From positions 482 through 64,481 of the forward strand of contig JADFZZ010000027.1 in assembly GCA_015232315.1 (NCBI GenBank): 64,000 nt of DNA. Direction: 5' to 3'. A model generated the notes under the pieces. The model worked only from the letters and a program-made list of their open reading frames with translations, did no database searches and was not told where the DNA came from. Every line of letters starts with the position of its first letter. The first letter of the stretch is position 1. The DNA comes from SAR324 cluster bacterium (GTDB lineage Bacteria; SAR324; NAC60-12). Positions 56,716 through 64,000 of this stretch are shown here, one piece after another. Made by a program: the position numbers and the translations under genes.

Positions 56716-58122
56716 ATGACGAATCACGAAATAAATCAGGAATCCAAAACTTCTCCACTCGCGCCCAAAGAAGTCCCTTTATGGGTGTATCCCGCAAAAG
56801 AAAATAATATCGAACCCATCAATCTTTATCGCTTATGGCTGATTTTATGGAACTTCAAACGAGTGATTATCGGATTCATGGTCTTGGGGACCGTTTTGGC
56901 AAGCAGTTATGTGCTCTATATATACATTCCCTTTTTGTTGCGAGAGCCACCACCAGAAAGCCCACCATCTCTAACTTTGCAAAGTGGTATGCCCCTGCAG
57001 GAAGCACAACCTTTATTACCAACAACCTACACAACCACCTTAAAAATCATACCTTTATTCCAAAAAGATAAAATGATTCAGGTGTTGCTGTCTCGTTTTG
57101 GTGAAATAGATTTGATCAAAGAATTTAAATCATATGACTTTTGGAAGTATTTACTGGAAACAACAGAGATTTCTAAAATTAAAGAGTTTTCTGAACTCCT
57201 TCCCATTATTAATCATGAAAATCAGACTAAACGTAGACAAATGATTGTATCTCTTTTGGAAAAAAGTGTAAAAGTAGAAAAGGAAGATCATAAAACTGAA
57301 GATCAAGCATATAATCAGGTAAAAGAAGCCGTAGCATCGCTGGATGAAGAGACGTTCAACTATATGGAAACAGTGTTTTTTCAAAGTCAAACAGCACTCT
57401 TTCCCCTGAATATTTCAACTGTAGGTGCACAAATCTTGGTAATAACGAAGCCTTATCCATCTCTGGAACATGCATTGAACATTGTTCATAGTTTTGATAA
57501 TGCGTTGAAAGGTTATTTTAGACAACTTTTTGATATTATGAGGCAAAAATATGAAGTTGAAATCAGTCAGAGTTTGAAAGAATCAGAAATTAGTTTTCGT
57601 ACAAAACTTGAAAAAAGTACACAATTGCTGAGCCAGCATGGAGTATTCAATGTCTTTGATTCCAGAGCGCTTCTTACAGTATCTCCGATGACGCTTACCG
57701 AGAAAGTTTTTCAGCAAACATTGATTGGAAAAAACAATGAACTCTCTAAAAAAATCAAACCCTTTAATGCAAATGATTTGCCTAATTTGTATTTTGATCT
57801 TGTACAACAAAATTCAGAATTTGAACGATTTAAAAACAATTATCTGAATGAAATCAAGAATCATGGTGAATTCCTTAATGAGTTTAAAAATCCGATATCC
57901 AAAGACAGGTTATTTGAGACTCATCTGGATATAGCCATACAGGAACCATTAGCAACAAAATCATTGAATCTTACGCCACCGATAACGTTGCCCCAGGCAG
58001 TCAAAACTATTGTAAAAGGATTGATTGTCGCGATAGTTCTAGGATGCGGTTTGGCTTTTTTTCTCGAGTTTATGCAATCAGAAAAAAAGAAATGGCTACA
58101 AAATCAAAAAAATGCCTCATGA
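56716..58122 (+). CDS. Wzz-like polysaccharide chain-length determinant
   Basis: 'INLYRLWLILW..K..II' N-terminus, two terminal TM helices, central coiled coil. Confidence 0.75.
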   Translation: MTNHEINQESKTSPLAPKEVPLWVYPAKENNIEPINLYRLWLILWNFKRVIIGFMVLGTVLASSYVLYIYIPFLLREPPPESPPSLTLQSGMPLQEAQPLLPTTYTTTLKIIPLFQKDKMIQVLLSRFGEIDLIKEFKSYDFWKYLLETTEISKIKEFSELLPIINHENQTKRRQMIVSLLEKSVKVEKEDHKTEDQAYNQVKEAVASLDEETFNYMETVFFQSQTALFPLNISTVGAQILVITKPYPSLEHALNIVHSFDNALKGYFRQLFDIMRQKYEVEISQSLKESEISFRTKLEKSTQLLSQHGVFNVFDSRALLTVSPMTLTEKVFQQTLIGKNNELSKKIKPFNANDLPNLYFDLVQQNSEFERFKNNYLNEIKNHGEFLNEFKNPISKDRLFETHLDIAIQEPLATKSLNLTPPITLPQAVKTIVKGLIVAIVLGCGLAFFLEFMQSEKKKWLQNQKNAS

Positions 58123-58187
58123 AAATATGTTTTCATGGTATCTGCTATCCATTTTTCATTTTTATTGACGTATAGATTATTAATATC

Positions 58188-59024
58188 ATGACAAAAATCC
58201 CCTCCATTTCTGTTGTTTGTCCTACCTTCAATTCTGAAGCCTATATTGAAAACACGCTTGAATCCATTTTGAAACAACATTTACCTCCATATGAGGTTAT
58301 TGTTTCAGATGATGGTTCTTCAGACGAAACCATTCAGAAGTTGAAACATATCCAGCAGAAATTTGAACAAAAAAGTATTTGTTTTAAAATTATAGAAAAC
58401 GCTCATCGCGGAGCCGGCGCAACACGTAATTCCGGTGTTTTTGCTGCACAAGGAGAATGGATTGCATTTGCGGATGCCGATGATCCATGGAAACCCGAAA
58501 AACTGAGTGTTGTCTCACAGGCAATCCAGGCTTCACCTGATACTAATTTCTTTTTGCACTGGATGGAGTATTTACGTTTGAATGGAGAAGTTGTCCTTAT
58601 ACCTAACGGAAATAAATATAATTCCGATCGGCCATTACCCATGCAAATTTATCGTCGTAATTTTTTACCAACACCGGCTGTGGTATGTAAGAAAGATCTG
58701 ATCGTTCAGGTGGGAGGCTTTGATGAAGATCCTGCTATGATTATGGAAGACTATGATTTATGGCTAAGAATGTCTCCCTTTGTCAGATTGACTGTGATCA
58801 AACAAGCCTTGGTTACGGTAGTCGAACGAAGAGATAGCATCAGTGCGAGGCATTATTGGCACCGGTATGTTCCAACCATGAAAGTATTACTTCGGCATTG
58901 GGAAAAAGGTGGGTTGGTTCTGCTTGCTTACAGATCATTACGAACAACCATCAATAAACAATGGCATCGTGCCCTGCTCATGAAATTAAGAAAACAGCAG
59001 GGACACACTCACTGGAATTCATGA
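58188..59024 (+). CDS. Glycosyltransferase family 2
   Basis: 'SVVCPTFN', 'DDGSSD', 'RNSG', 'FADADD', 'EDYDLW'. Confidence 0.93.
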   Translation: MTKIPSISVVCPTFNSEAYIENTLESILKQHLPPYEVIVSDDGSSDETIQKLKHIQQKFEQKSICFKIIENAHRGAGATRNSGVFAAQGEWIAFADADDPWKPEKLSVVSQAIQASPDTNFFLHWMEYLRLNGEVVLIPNGNKYNSDRPLPMQIYRRNFLPTPAVVCKKDLIVQVGGFDEDPAMIMEDYDLWLRMSPFVRLTVIKQALVTVVERRDSISARHYWHRYVPTMKVLLRHWEKGGLVLLAYRSLRTTINKQWHRALLMKLRKQQGHTHWNS

Positions 59025-59210
59025 AGGGTGCAATCCGATTCTCAATAAAAACATAGTCCAATTATGCCTTGGGTAATGGCTGCTCCTGCTTGTGATGATA
59101 GCGTTTGGCTAAAACTCAAATTTAGTTTGCCACAAAATGGTTTTGGGCCAGTTGGCGGCGATACAATTATTGGATGTCATGAGTGAAATAAATTTAGTGA
59201 GGCTCTTCAA

Positions 59211-60482
59211 ATGAACATATTCAAAATAGCCCAAACACATTTTTGGATAGATTGTCTCAAAAGTAATTGGTTGAGCTGGATCATTTTCTATGTTTTTCTA
59301 TTGCATGTATGGATCGGCCTGGAACATGAGTCTTTCTTGTTTTCAACGCCTCTTTATGTCAATGAAATTCTCAGTTTTTGCGGGGTGTTGACACTGATAC
59401 AAAACTGGACTGTTTTTTCTGGTCGTAGCGACTTGCTCAGCAAGTCAGTAATGTTTTTAGCAGGCTATGGCCTGCTCTATTCGCTTTATTCTGGTCTTTT
59501 TTTGCAAGAAGACTGGTATGGCTTCTTAAGAACCCTGCCAGTATGGTATTCCATCTTTGGATTTTTTCTGGGTTGTAGTTTGTGGAATGTCTATCTTCGA
59601 TTCAAAGACCGCCTCTCTTCTATGATATCATGGAGTTTGGCACTACTCTCCTTGTTCTCAGGTGTTTCCAGAACCACTCCTGTTTATATTCTAATAGTAA
59701 AAAGTCTCAGGTCATATGATGTGAGTATTCTGCTCTTGCTGTATTTAATCAGTGGAGATTCAACCGGTAAAATGGTGTTTTTAAGCTATTTAATATTTAT
59801 TTTGTTAAGGGCATCGTTTATTCGCTTATTATATCCACCTGCTATATTGATTGTGATCTTGTGTGGTTTCTTGTTTTTGAATTGGAGCTATCATGAATTC
59901 AATCGTTTTTATTCTAGTGGAAAAATACATGATACATGGGTCGAGGCTGGAAATTATGGGATTATCTCTGAAAAACTGGGGGTTTCAGATAATAATGCCA
60001 TATGGCGTCTGATGTTTTGGAGTTATGCATGGGAACATCACATTTCTGAGAATCCAGTGTTTGGAATTGGCTTTGGAACCCCTTTATTTGGCAAAGCTCA
60101 GGAAACATGGTTTATCTGGTACACCAATGAAAACAACAAAGATTTGTATTTTCCTTACACATTGGGTGTGCATAATTCTTTCATTTTTTTATTGATTCGT
60201 TTGGGGTTAATCGGGTTTGTTCCTCTCCTCTTTATCAATTTCTGGTTGTATCGTGTCTTTATAGAACATCCTCTCTTTCTAAAAAATCGAGAAATTAATG
60301 TACTGTTCATTGGATTTATATTCATGACCGTAAATGCGATGTTCAATGTTATCCTGGAATCCCCCCGCTATGCGGGAATCTACTGGGCTATTTTAGGTCT
60401 ATTGTATCAAAGCATCCAACATTATTACCCCAAAAAAGTATACAAACTGTATCCATCATCCACTTATGTTTCAATCATCTGA
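59211..60482 (+). CDS. Wzy O-antigen polymerase/ligase family protein
   Basis: Multi-TM; 'WRLMFW', 'FGIGFG', 'HNSF...RLGLIG'. Confidence 0.78.
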   Translation: MNIFKIAQTHFWIDCLKSNWLSWIIFYVFLLHVWIGLEHESFLFSTPLYVNEILSFCGVLTLIQNWTVFSGRSDLLSKSVMFLAGYGLLYSLYSGLFLQEDWYGFLRTLPVWYSIFGFFLGCSLWNVYLRFKDRLSSMISWSLALLSLFSGVSRTTPVYILIVKSLRSYDVSILLLLYLISGDSTGKMVFLSYLIFILLRASFIRLLYPPAILIVILCGFLFLNWSYHEFNRFYSSGKIHDTWVEAGNYGIISEKLGVSDNNAIWRLMFWSYAWEHHISENPVFGIGFGTPLFGKAQETWFIWYTNENNKDLYFPYTLGVHNSFIFLLIRLGLIGFVPLLFINFWLYRVFIEHPLFLKNREINVLFIGFIFMTVNAMFNVILESPRYAGIYWAILGLLYQSIQHYYPKKVYKLYPSSTYVSII

Positions 60483-61575
60483 ACGATCCTTAATTCTGTT
60501 TATTTTCCAACTCCCTCCGCCAGTGCATGGCGTTGCGATGGTTAATCAGAGAATTCAGAACAGCGCAATCATTAACGAAACATTTCAATGTGAATATATT
60601 AATTTAACTGGCGCAAATTCTATCAATGATATTGACCGGTTTCAACCTGACAAGGTTATCAAGGGATTCCGCGTTTATTGGCAAACCCTAAAAGCACTGG
60701 TGTTATCTTCAGTCCACTTGGTCTATATTACCCCCTCGCCTAAAGGTTTTTCATTTTATCGGGACGTTCTTCTAATCCTGATGATTAAAATATTTCGTAA
60801 AAAAATTGTGCTTCACCTACATGGGCAGGGAATGATCTCATTTGCCAAACATTGGCAACGATGGTTATGTGAAGTGATATTCAGGAAGACCCACGTTATC
60901 CATCTCAGTGACCGATTGTTTGAGGATATCTGTTTTGTCCGCTCCACCTATGTCAGGCATACACTAGCCAATGGTATTCCCGATTATTATAAGGATCATC
61001 AATATGATGGCGAGAATAAACTGAGAATTTTATTTTTGGCTGCGCTGATGGAAAGCAAGGGGCCTCTGACCCTATTAAAAGCTGTGAACATTTTAAAGGA
61101 AAAGGTTCAGGCAAACCTTGAAATCTGGCTCGTCGGCAATATGTGGAAAGAATCCTTTCAGCAAACGTTGATCGATTATGTTAAGGAACATCAACTTGGA
61201 CAGGTTGTCCATTTTCTGGGCCCGAAGTTTGACGAAGATAAATGGGCTATTTTTTCAAAAGCTGATCTATATGTTCTTCCAACCGAACAAGAGTGTTTTC
61301 CTCTCACTATCCTGGAAGCTATGCAATTTGAACTTCCTGTGATTTCCACCTTTGAAGGAGCCATCCCTGAAATCATAGATGACGGACAAACCGGATTTCT
61401 GGTTCCAGCTAAAAATCCTGAAGCATTGGCGAAAAAAATTAGTCTGTTTCTTGAAAATCCCGATCTTTTAAAAACAATGGGGGTGGCTGGGCGAAAGAAA
61501 TTTCTTGAAAACTACACGCTGGAAAAGTTTGAAACTCGTCTCAGAGATATGCTATCAGAAATCCTTTCATCATGA
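60466..61575 (+). CDS. Glycosyltransferase family 4
   Basis: 'PPPVHG', 'HLHG', 'SKG', 'ECFPLTILEAM', 'GAIPEII'. Confidence 0.93.
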   Translation: MFQSSERSLILFIFQLPPPVHGVAMVNQRIQNSAIINETFQCEYINLTGANSINDIDRFQPDKVIKGFRVYWQTLKALVLSSVHLVYITPSPKGFSFYRDVLLILMIKIFRKKIVLHLHGQGMISFAKHWQRWLCEVIFRKTHVIHLSDRLFEDICFVRSTYVRHTLANGIPDYYKDHQYDGENKLRILFLAALMESKGPLTLLKAVNILKEKVQANLEIWLVGNMWKESFQQTLIDYVKEHQLGQVVHFLGPKFDEDKWAIFSKADLYVLPTEQECFPLTILEAMQFELPVISTFEGAIPEIIDDGQTGFLVPAKNPEALAKKISLFLENPDLLKTMGVAGRKKFLENYTLEKFETRLRDMLSEILSS

Positions 61576-61777
61576 AACATGCAACTTGTTTCAATCATAA
61601 GTGCTCGCACTCCTGAGTTCTGAACCCCAAAAACCAACATCCAAGACCAGATAAACCATTAGAAAACAGTATAAGGTATTCGAACCACAACTTAAAAAAA
61701 TTACGAACCATAGTGATTTTAAACGTAGAACTCATAAATATTCCAGGATAAGACATTAACCCATTGGAGAACGATCC

Positions 61778-63967
61778 ATGAAACAAATCATGCAAAATTA
61801 TAAGACTGGAACATTGAGTGTTGAGGACGTTCCCGCGCCAGGAGTGAAAAATGGCCATGTTCTGGTACAGACTCAATTTTCCTTGATAAGTGCGGGGACT
61901 GAGAAAACCAAAGTTGATACAGCCAGAATGAATCTGTTGCAAAAAGCCAAAGCACGTCCAGATCAGGTCGAGCAAGTGCTGACCAACCTGCATCAGGAAG
62001 GCGTGATTCCAACTGTTAAAAAAGTTTTCAACAAACTCGATACTCCTGTTTCTCTTGGATACAGTTCTATGGGTAAAATACTGGCTGTTGGAGCTGGTGT
62101 GGAGCATCTGAAAGTGGGAGATCGTGTGGCTTGCGCTGGTGAAGGATATGCGGCTCACGCGGAGATTGTTTGTACCCCTGCTGCTATGTGTAACCTTGTT
62201 CCAGATAATGTTCCCGGAGAACATGCCTCCTTTGGCGCCGTGGGAGCTATTGCATTGCAAGCGGTTCGATTGGCTCAGATTGAACTTGGATATCGGGTTG
62301 GTGTGATCGGGTTGGGACTGATTGGGCAATTAGTCAGTCAAATGGCTAAAAACGCGGGTGCTCTGGTTTTGGGAATTGATCTGGATGAAAGTAAGTTTGA
62401 ACTGGCTAAACTGCACGGCATTCATGCGGTCGCGCATGTGTTGAATGATCCTGTGTCAGAGATTGCTCTCGGTTGTTCACATGGAATTGGCCTGGATGTC
62501 GTGATTATTACGGCTTCAGGTAATGAGGAGCAAACCTTACAACTGGCAGGGCAATTATGCCGTGAAAAGGCCAAAGTGGTTCTGTTGGGGGCTGGAGATA
62601 TTCAGGCGCCCAGAAATGATTACTACCACAAAGAATTGACGGTCGTCGTATCCAGAGCGTTTGGTCCAGGAAGTTACGATCCCGCTTACATACAGGGACA
62701 TGATTATCCTCCGGGATATTCACGATGGACGGTGAGACGTAACATGGAAACATTTCTGGACTTGATTGGCCTTGGACAAATTTCGCTGGAGGGTATTTTA
62801 TCTCATCAATTCCCTTTGGAAGAGGCTCCAGCGGTTTATGACATGATTAACCAGCAGACTGAAAAGTTTGTAGGAATTGTTTTTCGTTATGCAGAACAGA
62901 TTTCCTCAAGCCGTGTTGTTACGAATCCAACATCAGTCAAACGATCTTCTCTGGCAAAAATTAATGTCGGATTCATTGGTGCTGGAAGTTTTGCCCAGAA
63001 TTATTTGATCCCTTATCTCGGTGGTTTGTCTGCCGTTCATTTGCTGGGAGTTGCTACAGCGACCGGAATTAGCTCAAAAAATACAATGAGAAAGTTTGGA
63101 TTCCAGTACAGTTCAACAGATGCAAATGAAATCCTGAAAGATACCGAGATCAATACGGTTTTTATTGCGACACGCCATAATTTACATGCTCAATATGTGA
63201 TTGACGCCCTCAAGGCGGGTAAACATGTTTTTGTGGAAAAACCGCTGGCTGTAAATGAACAGGAACTAATACAAATCGCTGAAGTCCTGAAACATTCATC
63301 GTCCCAACTCATGGTTGGCTATAACAGAAGATTTGCGCCATTAGTGCAGAAACTAAAAGATTTTTTTCAACACAGACAATCGCCCTTGGTGATCCAATAC
63401 CGAGTCAATGCGGGGTCTATCAAAAATGATCACTGGATATTCAGTGAAGAAGGTGGTGGGCGTATTATTGGAGAAATGTGTCATTTTATTGATTTATTTC
63501 AGTTTCTGACAGATGCAGTTCCTGTTGAAGTGTCTGCTTATTCATCCAAACCTGTTCACACAGAGTTACCCATTGAATTGGATGATAACGTATCCAGCAT
63601 CATTCGTTTTAGTGATGGATCAACGGCATCGTTGGTCTATACATCCAAAGGTGACTTATCTTATTCCAGAGAACGCCTGGAAGTTTATAGTGATGGATCC
63701 ATTGGCGTAATTGATAATTTTAAAAAACTTCAACTGGTTCGCAAAGGGAAAACCCAATCCTCCTCATTGATTTCAAGGGAAATGGGAATTAGACAGGAAA
63801 TGGAAGCCTATGTGAAACATCTCTCAACTTCCAGTTCACAGTTTCTGATTCCATTTGCAGAGTTATATTACACCACACTTTGTACATTAAAAATAATAGA
63901 ATCTTTGAAGACCGGGCAATCACAACGATTGGAGATACCCGCAACGCTGACAAATAATGAGGTTTGA
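61778..63967 (+). CDS. Bi-domain oxidoreductase (Zn-ADH-like + Gfo/Idh/MocA)
   Basis: 'SLISAGTE', 'LGYS', 'GLGLIG', 'FGPGSYD', 'GAGSFA', 'HVFVEKP', 'GYNRRF', 'GEMCHFID'. Confidence 0.93.
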   Translation: MKQIMQNYKTGTLSVEDVPAPGVKNGHVLVQTQFSLISAGTEKTKVDTARMNLLQKAKARPDQVEQVLTNLHQEGVIPTVKKVFNKLDTPVSLGYSSMGKILAVGAGVEHLKVGDRVACAGEGYAAHAEIVCTPAAMCNLVPDNVPGEHASFGAVGAIALQAVRLAQIELGYRVGVIGLGLIGQLVSQMAKNAGALVLGIDLDESKFELAKLHGIHAVAHVLNDPVSEIALGCSHGIGLDVVIITASGNEEQTLQLAGQLCREKAKVVLLGAGDIQAPRNDYYHKELTVVVSRAFGPGSYDPAYIQGHDYPPGYSRWTVRRNMETFLDLIGLGQISLEGILSHQFPLEEAPAVYDMINQQTEKFVGIVFRYAEQISSSRVVTNPTSVKRSSLAKINVGFIGAGSFAQNYLIPYLGGLSAVHLLGVATATGISSKNTMRKFGFQYSSTDANEILKDTEINTVFIATRHNLHAQYVIDALKAGKHVFVEKPLAVNEQELIQIAEVLKHSSSQLMVGYNRRFAPLVQKLKDFFQHRQSPLVIQYRVNAGSIKNDHWIFSEEGGGRIIGEMCHFIDLFQFLTDAVPVEVSAYSSKPVHTELPIELDDNVSSIIRFSDGSTASLVYTSKGDLSYSRERLEVYSDGSIGVIDNFKKLQLVRKGKTQSSSLISREMGIRQEMEAYVKHLSTSSSQFLIPFAELYYTTLCTLKIIESLKTGQSQRLEIPATLTNNEV

Positions 63968-63969
63968 AT

Positions 63970-64000
63970 ATGGATAATAAAATTGATTTTATGGGATTAC
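63970..64000 (+). CDS. Start of next gene, truncated by the window (MDNKIDFMGL; possibly sulfotransferase)
   Basis: ATG 2 bp after the previous stop; only 10 codons visible. Confidence 0.3.
   Translation, partial: MDNKIDFMGL

Noticed and set aside
59066-59188. 40-codon ORF between GT2 and wzy
   Set aside because: No convincing RBS or motif; cannot be supported
61595-61695. tRNA or MITE (gtggttcgaatac on the minus strand)
   Set aside because: No cloverleaf; terminal inverted similarity too weak; no TSD

Overview
Gene-dense bacterial chromosome segment with about 50 CDS. Gene content (bamD, cpoB, ihfB, fliM, cheY, eukaryote/archaea-type proS, split pntAa/Ab/B, many hybrid signalling proteins) points to a Gram-negative, probably deltaproteobacteria/SAR324-like organism (inference). 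Contents in order: a GT-C membrane protein and Sel1 protein; a three-gene secreted module (NAGPA-like, FGE/C-type-lectin fold, conserved hypothetical); two-component and partner-switching signalling genes; two toxin-antitoxin pairs; a GC-rich modABC cassette; housekeeping genes; and from about 49 kb a surface-polysaccharide locus with a UbiA/DprE1/DprE2-type polyprenyl-phospho-pentofuranose pathway. I found no rRNA, tRNA, CRISPR array, reverse transcriptase or transposase. The most striking structure the genes do not explain is intergenic: at least five families of 105-165 bp miniature inverted-repeat elements with different terminal repeats, four with visible target-site duplications, each enclosing a doublet of REP-like palindromes. 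One is nested in a three-hairpin repeat whose empty form is also present in the window.
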